In this document: positions 1 through 12,717 of the stretch, one piece after another
Numbering within the stretch: the first letter of the stretch is position 1
Layout of the letters: each line of letters opens with the position of its first letter
Source of the DNA: Malacoraja senta
Taxonomy: Eukaryota
DNA length: 64,000 nt
NCBI GenBank assembly: GCA_038087875.1
Contig: CM075989.1
Location: 12,092,001 to 12,156,000 of the forward strand
Direction: 5' to 3'
Translations under genes and position numbers: made by a program
The notes under the pieces: generated by a model
What the model saw: the letters and a program-made list of their open reading frames with translations, nothing else
Told to the model about the DNA's origin: nothing
Databases searched by the model: none

Positions 1-229
1 ATTGAAGACACATTAGAGTGCAGTAGCAATCTCCTAGGATACCTCGGCAGCTCACTCTGATCACAGATCGTAATGTCGGTAAAAATAAAACAAAAGGACA
101 ATGTGAGCCCCTGTGCAAGTGGAGGCGATGTTAATAAGATCAAAGTGGAAAAATGAATTTAGATAATCCAATAATCCCTGATGTACTGTACACTCCCATG
201 AGTGTGTACACATGCACATGCATACAGAA

Positions 230-422
230 ATATACACTCAACCAATGGATCAAACCTCTGAGTCCTACCACGTCTAGTCGGGAATGGTAGTGGACAATTA
301 AACAGCTAACCCAGGAGACCCTAGACACATCCCCATCCTCCACAATGGCAGGGACATGCATCTGACTGCTAAATTTAAAAATTGAAGCATTCACAACTAA
401 TGTTCAGCAGAAATAAGCGAGT
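230..422 (+). mobile_element. Old L2/CR1-group LINE ORF2 fragment (left part)
   Basis: Decayed translation TSSREW*WTIKQLT...IPILHNG...EAFTT. Confidence 0.55.
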
Positions 423-795
423 TCGGTATTTAAACTGCGCATGCCCAGGTCATAGGTCACTCGAGATAAACATTCGCGGCACCAGAGCTGCTGCGTTTCA
501 TCCGTAGTCAGGATCGAACCCGGGTCTCCAGCGCTGCAAGCACTGTTGAATTGCCACTGGAGTTAGCGACACTTCTCCCTTCTCCACTGGTCCATGCAGA
601 AATCTCAGCAGTGAAAATCTAATGTGCATAAACTGCATGTGAAAACAACATGTGTGAGAGGGCCAATTTCTCGGCATTAATATCGGAGTTTGGGCGTGGG
701 TCCAGCATCAGGAACGAGCCCGGAGATGAAGTCGGGGCCTGGACTGGATCCCAGGCTGCGGCCGAGCTGAGGGCTGGAGTCGTGGCCAAACCCGG

Positions 796-1031
796 GGCCT
801 GGTCAAGGTGTACCAGCGCCTTGGGTGCCACCCGGTCGCTGCCATCCTGCAGCACAGCCTCTGCTTCCTGCTCTGGCTCAGCCACCGGCCACCCTCACCC
901 TGCCACTGGCACAGCGAGCCCGGCTCCGTCGAGACCCAGGTCCACGAGTGCTTCGGCCGCCTACAGCCAGGGCCAGGCCGAGTACGAGAACCAGGCCGTG
1001 TTCAAGGCCCTGGCGCTGCTCTACTACATGG
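796..1031 (+). pseudogene. Frameshifted exon fragment of an unidentified cellular gene
   Basis: GC3-rich codons give GLVKVYQRLGCHPVAAILQHSLCFLLWLSHR...SVETQVHECF. After one extra G (955/956) the frame reads AAYSQGQAEYENQAVFKALALLYYMG. It ends at donor G|GTAGGT (1031/1032), followed by purine-rich intron-like sequence. Confidence 0.6.
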
Positions 1032-1169
1032 GTAGGTGCTGGGGCAGGGAATGGGAGGAGGATGAGGGAAATGGGGAGGAGGGAGATGGGATGGGTAGAG
1101 GGAGATGGGTGGGGGGGAGGGTTGGGGGGCCTCGCTGTCTACCCACTGGCGAGGGATAACGCACCGCGC

Positions 1170-1440
1170 CGTTATACAGCAGGGGGGGGAGAGGAGAGAA
1201 GGGATGAGGGAGGGAGGGGGAGAGAGGGATGAGAGAGGGAGGGGGGAGAGAGGGATGAGGGAGGGAGAGATGAGGGAGGGAGAGGGGAGAGAGGGATGAG
1301 GGAGGGGGGAAAGAGAGGGAGTGGGGTAGAGGGGAGCTGGAGTCCAGGGGGGTAGCGAGGAGGGTAGAAGGGGTCTGGGGAGATGGGCAAGGTGGGATAG
1401 AGGGGGGGGAGTAGAGGGAGAGGGGGACAGGGAGGGTGGA
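1170..1440 (+). repeat. Purine-rich (GGGA/GAGA) low-complexity tract
   Basis: Direct reading of the sequence. Confidence 0.85.
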
Positions 1441-1602
1441 TTTGATGGGAGCGGGATAGGCGTGAGTGGTGGAATATTACATTGGGGGAATGGGTTGCGT
1501 TGGGGAAACAGGTGAGTGGTGGAATATTGCGTTGGGGAACGGGTTACGTTGGGGGACCAGTCCTCCCTTGTGACAGGGACCCAAGGGTCCCACTTAGTCT
1601 AG

Positions 1603-1760
1603 TTAAATCTAGAAATGGCCAAGAACACTGGATGCAGCAACTATGTGACCCAACCACATCCTGGCTGCAGTACTGAAGAATTGTGCTCCAGAACTAGCTG
1701 CACCTCTAGCCGAGCTATTCCACTACAGTTACAATACTAGTACCTATTCGACAATGTGCT
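1603..1760 (+). mobile_element. Old L2/CR1-group LINE ORF2 fragment (right part)
   Basis: Decayed ...RTLDAA...AVLKNCAPELAAPLAELFHYSYNT, the typical pre-RT motif. Confidence 0.6.
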
Positions 1761-1767
1761 GTCTTTT

Positions 1768-2025
1768 TAGTATTGCTCCTGCAACAGTGCTACGCTGCCT
1801 TCAATAATATAAGCTGATAATAACATTGCCCTCCAATAATATACGCTGACTAAACACTCGCCCTCCAACGTGCAACACTGCCTCAGTACTGTCCTTCCAA
1901 TTGATCAACGTTCCCTAAGTACTGGTGCTCTCACAGGGCAGTGCGCCCTCAGTACTATACCTCCAAAGGTGCTATAGTACCTCAGAACTGCTCCTCTAAT
2001 AGCATAGTGTTCCACTACTGCACCA
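1768..2025 (+). repeat. Decayed ~30-bp minisatellite resembling a DeuSINE motif
   Basis: Recurring AGTACTG...CAGTGC..C.CCCTC units. Confidence 0.55.
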
Positions 2026-3659
2026 TATTTTGCTCTGTTTCTTGTCATAAACAGGTCTGAAACCACTCACCCAAAAGTCACCCAAAAAGCCCTCTATTCC
2101 ATCTGCAGCTGGTGTCACAGAAGAAAGGGAGGGTCACACTAGAGTTGGAACTTCCTGCAGAAGCTGAGTGACATTTGTGCCAATTGGGGACAAAGGTGAG
2201 TGTCCTAGTCAAGTGTTGTCTGCGTAGAACGTGGAGCACCAGCCACATCATGAAACAAAATGTTATTCATTTATACCAAATGATTCCCACAGTGTCAGTA
2301 TTCAGCCACCACACTGACAGGGTTCACTGATCACACCAGCGGCATCATGCCTGAACACAAGAAAGGTATTTAATGCCAGAATATCAATTGCAAAATCCAA
2401 TTGATATTCTTCATAAAATAGCCAAGAGAAAGCAATACTCTAGACATCCAAAGTTTCTCAGACAATGAGATGTTTCTGAATTGCAGTCATTGTTGCAAGG
2501 TTGGAAACTCTAGCAGCTAATTTGTGCATAGGAAGCTCTCACAAAAGCAATTTAATAACATCCTTCCTGTGACATTGAGAGACTATGTTGGTCTTGGAGC
2601 ACAGTGGACAATACCCCATGCTCTTCTTGTCTCATGCTATGGGATCTTATCAATCACAGCGAACAGGCACAGTTTAAATTTAAGGTCATATATAAAGAAC
2701 TGGCTCTTACATTCCTACGCTTTGTAATTGTGTTACCAGGTCATGATGTGACCAGTCAGGATAATTTCTACAGTACATCTTCAGACGTTTGTGAGAGTAT
2801 TTAGTGACATGTCGAATTTCTATAATCTTCTGAGAAAGTGGATGTGCTGGCATGCCTTCCTTTTGATTGCATCTTCTGTACGTGCTGGGCCCAGAACAGG
2901 TCAGTTGAGATGTTAATGTCTAATAATTTGAAGCTGCAAATTCTCTATAGCGCCAATACGCCAATGAAACCTTGTGCAAGGTCTCCCGATTTTCCTTTTC
3001 ATCGGGTCATTTAGAGTTGAGGCCCAATACTGATCCCTGTGGCACACCAATCATTATCACCTCCGACAGTCCTTCAGCACTGTGTTTGAATAGCAGCTGG
3101 AATTTGTGCTCATGTCTCCAGAGTGAGAGTTGAATTCAAAACCTTCTGTCTCTAGGATAAAAACACACACTAAGCTAAGCTAATGGATTGCAATGCAGTA
3201 CATTTGTATGACCCATTAATGCTTGGCTGCAAATAGAGCATTTAAGAAGCAAAATTCTATCGTCCCCACTTTAAGAATTTCTCTCTCTCCCTCTATCTCC
3301 TCAGCCCGATTCCTGCAGGCTCCTCTAATCTCAAGCCCAGCAACTCCCAAAAATTGCCGCGGAACTATTTTTAAACTGACAGTTTCCACAGCAACACAGG
3401 GTCTGGTTCCTTTCTGACACTGCCTATGTGTAGGAGTCTGCATTAATTCACAATCTGCAGCTTGGTCAGAATTAATGAATCTCAGCAGAAAGTAATAGCC
3501 ATGGCAGTACAGATGCAATCTGATTGGATTCTCTATTCTAGCAGAGGAAGGATAGAGCCCAATGTGCGATGGTGCCTGCACAGGGTGAGGCTCCTCAATA
3601 AGAAACTGAATATTGACACTATAATTTCTGCAATGCACAGTGTATGCGTTTATCAAGGA

Positions 3660-4100
3660 GGTGGGAAGTATGATGGTTAGGGGAAGTTTGGCAGGGCAGA
3701 GTTTTGGTGGGGAGGGAGAGGTTTAGAGTGGGGGTGGGGGTTGGTTTGATTGAGAGGGGCTTGGTGGTGGGAAGGTTTAGTGGGGAGGAGATTTGGAGAG
3801 GGGTTGGTGCAGAGGCTAGGTGGGGAGTGGGAGGGAGATATGGTGGGGAATGCATTTGATGGGGGAGGAGGTTTGCTGCAAGGAGGTTTAGTTGGGAGAT
3901 CTGTGGGGTTGGTTTGGTGCGGCATGTTTAGTGGGGGGACATTTGGTTGGGGAAGTTTGGTGCTGGGGATGTGTTTTGGGGGTGAACATTGGGGGGGGCA
4001 GGTTTGGTGGGGGAGGATTGTTGGAGGGCAGGTTTGGTGGAGGGGAACATTGATGGGGTGAGGTTTGGTGGAGGAAGGTTTGGCGAGGGACAGGTTTTCT
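3660..4100 (+). repeat. G-rich low-complexity GGTTTGG repeat
   Basis: Many GGTTTGG/GGTGGGG units. This explains the Pro/Gly-rich spurious ORFs here. Confidence 0.8.
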
Positions 4101-4769
4101 AGAACTGGGCATCGTAGCTCTTGAATGGCTAGATGCAAACAAGCTCCTGGTTAAGTCTATCAAAGTGTGGCCAAGGTCATGACATGTGGAATAGTCTATT
4201 GAAGAGGAAGAGAGCAATGGGTGTGCTGTAGGTGATGTAGCTCATGCGATTGGGATCAAGGAGAATGGAGGATCCTTTGATCCAGTCAACAGATGAATCC
4301 AATGATGCCTAAGTCCATCACCTGGCCAATCCTCACTGCTTCAGAGAAGGAAATCATATCCACAAATGGCTTCGTGTTTCACTGACTTGATCCACAAAAA
4401 TGATTCCATTGGAATGCCCCAAAACCAGATACCAGACTCAGTCATTATCGCAAACAGGGGAACACAGTCTCAAGAACTTTGGGCTGAAGTCTTCACCCTG
4501 GTATATGAATCTTTGGGATTCTCGAGCTCAGAGATCAGCCAATTAATATTCACAGCCGATATGGACAAGTTTTTAGCCACAAATTGAATCAAGTAACTTG
4601 GGTATCGAGCAGGAGGTAGGGCATGTCAGATGAGTTACCATCATTTTATAAATAGTAGAGGAGGCTCAAGAGACCGAATGGTAAACTCCTTCTTCTAACC
4701 CTTATGTTAGGAGGGTGCTTTACTGTCCATAAATCATGTTCCTCTACAATAACAAGAAAGTAAAGGAAG

Positions 4770-5145
4770 AGTGTCCAAATGCACTTTCACAGCGAAGCCA
4801 CGGCTGTAACGTGGGAAACAGATCAGATAATGTTCACACATCAAGCTCCTATGAATAGCTATAACATGGAGACCAGATCATTGTTTCTGTGATCCTGGTT
4901 GAGGAACAGATATTAGTCATGACAGCATGGACGACCCCCCTCCCCCTCTTTGAAACATAATGCAACAAAGAAATCTTTGTTCAAATTAGTGCCCTGGAAT
5001 TTTCTACATTCACTTAAGAGAGGAAACCGGGCCTTAGCTTCACATCACACCTCCAAGAATGAAGCACTCCCTCTGCACTGCAACTGCAATGCCAATTTGA
5101 CTCTCATCTAGAATGAGACTTGAACCCACATCCTTCAGCTCAAAA
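4770..5145 (-). mobile_element. DeuSINE (SacSINE1-like) remnant
   Basis: GCACTCCCTC..CACTGCA and GACTTGAACCCACA (B-box complement), plus a central-domain-like sequence. Confidence 0.55.
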
Positions 5146-5269
5146 ATAATTTTGCAACTCAAGGTTATACATAGATCACCCTGACTCATACAGGGATTAC
5201 AGTTGTATTGTTCTGGAGATGAACCATTGCCTCCTGCTATTTGATGGATGCCCTATGATCCACAATAGA

Positions 5270-6372
5270 AAATATCAAATAATGATGAGTCGGAGTACAG
5301 GAAGGAGATTGAGAACCTCATGTCCTGGTGTCGAGACAGCAACCTTTTTCTCAATGTCAGCAAGACAAAGGAGATAGTGATCTACTTCAGACATACCATA
5401 GTTTGCATTGACGGGGCTGAAGTAGAGATGGTGGAACACTTCAAATGTCTAGGAGTAAATATCACCAACGACTTTTCCTGGACCACCCATATTGATGGAT
5501 TTTTCTCAGAGAGATTGGTGAGTCTGTGGAATTCTCTGCCTCAGAGGGCGGTGGAGGTAGGTTCTCTGGATGCTTTCAAGAGAGAGCTAGATAGGGTTCT
5601 TAAAAATAGCGGAGTCAGGGGATATGGGGAGAAGGCAGGAACGGAGTACTGATTGGGGATGATCAGCCATGTTCACATTGAATGGTGGTGCTGGCTCGAA
5701 GGGCTGAATGGCCTACTCCTGCACCTATTGTCTATTATCTATTGTCTATTGATGTAATACACAAGAAGGCACATCAACCTCTACTTCGTGAGAAGGCTTA
5801 GGATGTTTGGCATGTCCCCAAACAACCCTCACCAACTTTTACAGATGTGCCGCTGAAAGCATTTTATCGGGATGCATCACAGTGTGGTTTGGGAACAGCT
5901 CCATCCAAGACCGTAAGAAATTGCAGCAAATTGTGGATGCAGCCTAAACCATCACACAAACCAACCTTCCTTCCATTGACTCCATTTATACCTCACGCTG
6001 CATCAACAAGGCCAGCAGCATAATCAAGGACGAGTCGCATCCTGGCCACTCCTCCCCTCTCCCGTCGTGCAAAAGGTATAGAAGTGTGAAAACGCACACG
6101 TCCAGATTCAGGGCCAGTTTCTTCCATCTGTTACCAGGCAACTGAACCATCCTACCACAACCAAAGAGCCGTCCTGAACTGCTATCTATCTCATCAGCGA
6201 TCCTCGGACTGTCTTTGATTGGACTTATCTAGCTTTCCTTGCCCTAAACATTATTTCCTTAACATGTTTCTGTACACTGTGACTGGTTGATTGTAATCAT
6301 ATATGGCTGGTTTGCATGCAGCTTTTCACTGTAACTCGGTACACGTGTCAATAAACTAAACTGAACTGAACC
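5270..6372 (+). mobile_element. Rex1/Babar-like LINE 3' portion, interrupted by a CR1 tail
   Basis: SWCRDSNLFLNVSKTKEIVIYFR...VEHFKCLGVNITNDFSWTTHID; 3' end AATAAACTAAACTGAACTGAAC. Confidence 0.75.
5498..5746 (+). mobile_element. 5'-truncated CR1 3' end nested in Rex1
   Basis: FFSERLVSLWNSLPQRAVE...GYGEKAG, a (CTATTGT)n tail, and TATTGATG duplicated at 5490-5497 and 5747-5754. Confidence 0.85.
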
Positions 6373-8394
6373 AAAATATATTGGAGGTTTCTGCTACTCA
6401 TGATATAATTTTCTCCAAATGTGATTCCTTTCTGTTCTGCCTCTGTCTATCTTTGCTTATATCCATTACCATTGGTCTGTTTCTGTATCTTTCGGTATAT
6501 CTAACTGCTTTTCTTTCTCTGGAGAGAAACGGTTGCCGATTTGTATTCATATCCTCAGGAGCTACATTTGAATGTTTAAGTTAAAGAACCTAATTATAGT
6601 TACATTATTCATGCCTTTCAGCAGAAGTCCCAGAGTGTGCGAGCTTGAAATCTTTTTCTAATAACAATAAGTTCAATTATTCCAGTCCATGCTAACTCCA
6701 GACCTCATCCACAACAATCATCCCTCCTCAGAATCATCATCAATGGCTATTTGAAGTTGTGGTGTGCAAAATTACGATCAATATTCAAACAATGATCTTA
6801 TAGATAAATTAGCTGGGTATGAGATAATTTGATTCATCCTGTTAAAAATACCTTTTCAAAGTACAGCCTGAAAAAGAAGCTTGTCAAGCACCAACCAAGA
6901 AAATACAAAACAGAAAATGCTGGAAATACTCATCAGGTCAGGCAGCATCTGTGGTACACCATTACATCTTTCTTTAGATTTTGACAGTGGACATAGCTAT
7001 GGATCAAGCGATTTGGAATGTGTGAAAGATCTGAGTGTTTTAGTAGCACCAGTTGCCAGCTGTGTCTCAGCAGGAGGTGCTCTTGCATCCTACATTCCAA
7101 ATACCACTTCTCAGTTCAAAGAGTAGAGCCCAAGAATTCAGGCTGATACTCTTGTCCAAAACTGGAGCCCAACTCTGTCAAAGATGCTTTTTTTTTAAAC
7201 TGCTTGTAAATCAAGGTTAATGTAAAAGTGGTTATTTTGGAAAAGAGCAGAAGTGTTCCCCTCAATCACACTACTAGTAGTTATTTCTTGATCAAAGCTT
7301 CTAAACACTAATGAATAATCTAATTGTTTCACCATGGTAGGCACTTGCTGACTGCACACTTCCAGTATTACAAAGTAACAATAGAATATTTTAAGAGGTA
7401 GCGAAAGAATCTCAAGCTTTTGCTTTCATCTGCCACTGTTAGCATCATGGAAAACAGTTTAAGCATGACATGATATCAGGCCAGAACCTTGGTCAAAGTG
7501 GAATGTGTAAGCATCCTCGTGGAGGAACGGGAACCAGAGGGATTTTGCAGAAGAATCCAAGAATTCAGCGCATGTAGCTGAATGCACACTTACCAGTGAT
7601 GGAACAATTAAATTCCAGGGAATTGGAAACTTTGCAGAACTAGATGATTCTAAGGGTCTCATAAGGCTAAAGGGCCAGATAAGGCTATAAAAATGGGGAT
7701 GAGCGAGATCAGGAGCCAATGTAAATCATAGAAAAAATGGGTGAACTGATCTTAGTGCGGACAGGTATACCAACATTGGGAAATGGGAGACTGGGAAGAA
7801 AGAATTGGGATATCCAGGCTTGTAGGGAGCAGAGTACAGGACACTGTACCTGAAGTGGCACAGAACAATTGATCAGGAATGCATCGCTGGTTCATGCTTT
7901 ATCCACACTGTGTGGCACCTATTCAAGATTTGGTTTCATTCGTGAAAGGGATGGTGCCAAACGGTGCAGAGTGAGACGGCTAAGTGCCAGTCTATCACCA
8001 TCCTCAGAGGAGCAATAAACTCATGGATGCAACAAAACGTGCAACACCATCGGCACTCTCAGGATCCTTCTCACCACCGACTGATGCACAATCTCTCAGG
8101 TTATTTTACACCTCAGTTGGTAAACAGAAAATAAAAAGTTTCCTTTGTAACTAAGTGCATCTTTCAAAATATAATCCTATTTCAAGTAAGATTACTGGGT
8201 TCTGTTAACATTTGAGCTGTAGTTTCATTGAAAGTCTTTCATTTATATTGAAAGGTTTCCAAGCCCCAAAAACATGCTATATCCAAATTAAAAGATTTTA
8301 CATAATAAGAACGGTGTGTGTGTAAGTGTATGTGAATGTGAGTGACTAAGTGAGCGATGAGTTTGTCTTAAATTAGGAAGAAAAACAATGAATT

Positions 8395-9010
8395 AGGAAG
8401 GGAAATTGTACATTGGCCTTTATTTGCAAGAGGATTTGAGTACAAGAGCAAATACATCTTGCTACAATGGTTTGGGACCCAGTGAAACTTCACCAAGAAC
8501 ACCGTTCATAAGTCTGGCCCCCTGCCTATGTGTGGAATATTGAGAGTTTCACCAGATTGATATCAAGGAAGGAAGGAAGGAAGGAAGGAAGGAAGGAAGG
8601 AAGGAAGGAAGGAAGGAAGGAAGGAAGGAGGGGAGGGAGGGAGGGAGGGAGGGAGGGAGGGAGGGAGGGAGGGAGGGAGGGAGGACGGACACGAGATTAA
8701 GCACATTAAGCCAATGTTCTCTTGAGTGACCCCCATTGACCCCATTTAAATGACCCCATTGAATTATATAATTCTTACATGGCTTGACAGGCTTGATGTG
8801 AAGATGATGTTTCCCTGCACTATGGTGTTTGTAACCAGGGGGTCACGGTTTAAAAATTGGGGGGAGGCTGTTCAGAAAAGGGTTCTTCAACCAGCCAATG
8901 GAAATCTTCTCTCCACAAAGGGATGTGGAGGCTCATTCTCTGAGTATACTCAAATCAAAGATCAATAGATTTGTTTATTTTGGAGATGTCAAGGAGGGCC
9001 ACTAAGAGTG
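8395..9010 (+). mobile_element. Old CR1 fragment containing a microsatellite
   Basis: GGATTTGAGTACAAGAGC and CTTGACAGGCTTGATG similar to the young CR1 copies in this window. Confidence 0.6.
8566..8682 (+). repeat. Compound microsatellite (GGAA)n(GGGA)n
   Basis: Direct reading of the sequence. Confidence 0.95.
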
Positions 9011-9624
9011 GTGCATTAGATGGAGTCCACATGGATTACAGTAAGAATTCTGACAAAATAAATCTCCTGGGATTCAAGAAAGAGTGAAAGAATTCATAAC
9101 TAGTACAGTGACACAAACATTGTAACAGGTGATGGGTGCTTTGTGACTAGAACACTGACAATGGGTTCCACAGGCTCAGTACTTTGTGCCTTACATCTGT
9201 TGCATTTTATATTGACGTTGTTTTACATATAGAAAGCACAATAAAGAGGTTTGCAAATGACCTGAAAGTTGGCCAGGCAGTGAGTTGAGTAAGGAGGAAA
9301 GCTTCAAGCTGCTAGACAATGTTACAGGGAGAGACAAGAGACTGCAGATGGTGGAATCTGGAGCAAACTGGAGTCCTCTCACATGGACCCATTTTTCAAC
9401 CCCTCCACCCCCTCCCCCACCCATATCCTCTGTCCATCCACAACACCCTCTTGCCCCCATTGTTATCATCTCCCCAACTTAATTATATTATTTGGTTCCA
9501 TGTCTCCTTCCTTTCCACCCAGATTCCATCATCTGCAGCGTTATGTTGCCTCCATCCCTCTCCTCTTAGCTTCTGTCACTATTTCCACCCTCCCATCTGA
9601 CTCCACCTGCCAGTCAACTCCTCA

Positions 9625-9910
9625 GGTCGGAATCAAGCCGAGGTCGGAATCTCGAGGTCGCGCCGAAGTGGACGGGTCGCGTTTGCCAAGAACAACGGAG
9701 GACCCAGCGTGGGGGGACCGCCCAGAAATAAGGGGGAGCCGGTGGGGGGGGGGAGGGGGGAGCGAAGAAGGAATTTGTAATTTTTTCACTTTGTTGGCAC
9801 CTTTATGGCGACTCTTTTGTGTACTTTATTTGCAAAAATAAAGAATTTCACTGTATCTAGGTACGTGACAATAAAGTATAATCATCATCATCAGCATCAT
9901 CATCATCATC
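9625..9910 (+). mobile_element. Short retroposon with LINE-type tail and (CAT)n, inserted in a Penelope remnant
   Basis: CpG-rich body, AATTTCACTGT...GTGACAATAAA and (ATC)n tail; pyrimidine-rich PLE-like flanks. Confidence 0.5.
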
Positions 9911-9997
9911 CACAAGCTTGCCAGCTCTTGCTCTTTCCCTTCCCCCTCACCTCTTTATTCTAGCTATTTCCCCTTTACCCTTTCAGTCCAGATGAAG

Positions 9998-12717
9998 ATG
10001 AATATTCAATATTCAATATTCAGGAGGGATAGACAGAAAGGAAAAGGAGGTGGGGTAGCGTTGCTGGTTAGAGAGGAGATTAATGCAACAGAAAGGAAGG
10101 ACATTAGCTTGGAGAATGTGGAATCGATATGGGTAGAACTGCGAAACACTAAGGGGCAGAAAACGCTAGTGGGAGTTGTGTACAGGCCACCTAACAGTAG
10201 TAGTGGAGTTGGGGATGGCATCAAACAGGAAATTAGAAATGCGTGCAACAAAGGTAAAACAGTTATAATGGGTGACTTCAATCTACATATAGATTGGGTG
10301 AATCAAATTGGCAGGGGTGCTGAGGAAGAGGATTTCTTGGAATGTATGCGGGATAGTTTTCTAAACCAACATGTAGAGGAACCAACGAGAGAGCAGGCTA
10401 TTCTAGACTGGGTATTGAGTAATGAGGAAGGGTTAGTTAGCAGTCTTGTTGTGCGTGGCCCCTTGGGCAAGAGTGACCATAATATGGTTGAGTTCTTCAT
10501 TAGGATGGAGAGTGACATAATTAATTCAGAAACAAGGGTTCTGAACTTAAAGAAAGGTAACTTTGAGGGTACGAGACGTCAATTGGCCAAGATAGACTGG
10601 CAATTGATTCTTAAAGGGTTGACGGTGGATGTGCAATGGAAGGCATTTAAAGACTGCATGGATGAACTACAACAATTGTTCATCCCAGTTTGACAAATGA
10701 ATAAATCAGGGAAGGTAGTGCATCCGTAGATAACAAGGGAAATCAGGGATAGTATCAAAACAAAAGATGAAGCATACAAATTAGCCAGAAAAAGCAGCCT
10801 ACCAGAAGACTGGGAGAAATTCAGTCCAGCAGAGGAGGACAAAGGGCTTAATTAGGAAAGGGAAAATAGATTATGAAAGAAAACTGGCAGGGAACATAAA
10901 AACTGACTGCAAAAGTTTTTATAGATATGTGAAGAGAAAAAGATTTGTTAAAACAAATGTAGGTCCCTTGCAGTCCGAAACAGGTGAATTGATCATGGGG
11001 AACAAGGACATGGCAGACCAATTGAATAACTACTTTGGTTCTGTCTTCACTAAAGAAGACATAAATAATCTGCCGGAAATAGCAGGGGACCGGGGGTCAA
11101 ATGAGATGGAGGAACTGAGTGAAATCCAGGTTAGCCGGGAAGTGGTGTTAGGTAAATTGAATGGATTAAAGGCCGATAAATCCCCAGGGCCAGATAGGCT
11201 GCATCCCAGAGTACTTAAGGAAGTAGCCCCAGAAATAGTGGATGCATTAGTGATAATTTTTCAAAACTCTTTAGATTCTGGAGTAGTTCCTGAGGATTGG
11301 AGGGTAGCTAATGTAACCCCGCTTTTCAAAAAGGGAGGGAGAGAGAAAACGGGGAATTACAGACCAGTTAGTCTAACATCTGTAGTGGGGAAACTCCTAG
11401 AGTCAGTTATTAAAGATGGGATAGCAGCACATTTGGAAAGTGGTGAAATCATTGGACAAAGTCAGCATGGATTTACGAAAGGTAAATCATGTCTGACGAA
11501 TCTTATAGAATTTTTCGAGGATGTAACTAGTAGAGTGGATAAGGGAGAACCAGTGGATGTGTTATATTTGGACTTTCAGAAAGCTTTCGACAAGGTCCCA
11601 CATAAGAGATTAATATTCAAACTTAAAGCACATGGTATTGGGGTTTCAGTATTTATGTGGATAGAGAACTGGCTGGCAGACAGGAAGCAAAGAGTAGGAG
11701 TAAACGGGTCCTTTTCAGAATGGCAGGCAGTGACTAGTGGGGGTACCGCAAGGCTCAGTGCTTGGACCCCAGCTATTTACAATATATATTAATGATTTGG
11801 ACGAGGGAATTGAATGCAACATCTCCAAGTTTGCGGATGACACAACGCTGGGGGGCAGTGTTAGTTGTGAGGAGGATGCTAGGAGGCTGCAAGGTGACTT
11901 GGATAGGCTGGGTGAGTGGGCAAATGCATGGCAGATGCAGTATAATGTGGTTAAATGTGAGGTTATCCACTTTGGTGGCAAAAACAGGAAAGTAGACTAT
12001 TATCTGAATGGTGGCCGATTAGAAAAAGGGGAGATGCAACGAGACCTGGGTGTCATGGTACACCAGTCATTGAAAGTAGGCATGCAGGTGCAGCAGGCAG
12101 TGAAGAAAGCGAATGGTATGTTAGCATTCATAGCAAAAGGATTTGAGTATAGGAGCAGGGAGGTTCTACTGCAGTTGTACAGGGTCTTGGTGAGACCACA
12201 CCTGGAGTATTGCGTATAGTTTTGGTCTCCAAATCTGAAGAAAGACATTCTTGCCATAGAGGGAGTACAGAGAAGGTTCACCAGACTGATTCCTGGGATG
12301 TCAGGACTTTCATATGAAGAAAGACTGGATAGACTCGGCTTGTACTCGCTAGAATTTAGAAGATTGAGGGGGGATCTTATAGAAACTTACAAAATTCTTT
12401 AGGGGTTGGACAGGCTAGATGCAGGAAGATTGTTCCTGATGTTGGGGAAGTCCAGAACAAGGGGTCACAGTTTAAGGATAAGGGGGGAAATCTTTTTGGA
12501 CCGAGATGAGAAAAACATTTTTCACACAGAGAGTGATGAATCTCTGGAATTCTCTGCCACAGAAGGTAGTTGAGGCCAGTTCATTGGCTATATTAAAGAG
12601 GGAGTTAGATGTGGCCCTTGTGGCTAAAGGGATCAGGGGGTATGGAGAGAAGGCAGGTACAGGATGCTGAATTGGATGATCAGCCATGATCATATTGAAT
12701 GGCGGTGCAGGCTCGAT
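9998..12717 (+). mobile_element. CR1 LINE, ORF2 (partial APE endonuclease + RT), disrupted
   Basis: VGVVYRPP, IMGDFN, SDHN; KSPGPD, YRPVSLTS, YLDFQKAFDKV, GVPQGSVLGP, KFADD. Contains stops and frameshifts. The extreme 3' tail is missing. Confidence 0.97.

Larger units (their letters stand above)
423..1602 (+). mobile_element. Non-autonomous Helitron-like element with captured cargo (5' end uncertain)
   Basis: 16-nt GC-rich hairpin GGGACCC-AA-GGGTCCC (1576-1591) ends 11 nt before the element end. The element ends in CTAG (1599-1602) followed by T. No TSD. It interrupts an older LINE. Subterminal ~50-bp duplication at 1462-1557. Confidence 0.65.

Noticed and set aside
505..545. tRNA gene (GGATCGAACCCGGGTCTCC)
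   Set aside because: Only a B-box-containing SINE head fragment; no complete cloverleaf.
650..1159. 169-aa ORF as an intact gene
   Set aside because: Only the 956-1031 part looks coding in this frame. The rest is off-frame or low-complexity intron-like sequence.
3619..4217. Pro- and Gly-rich ORFs
   Set aside because: Artefacts of the GGTTTGG low-complexity repeat.
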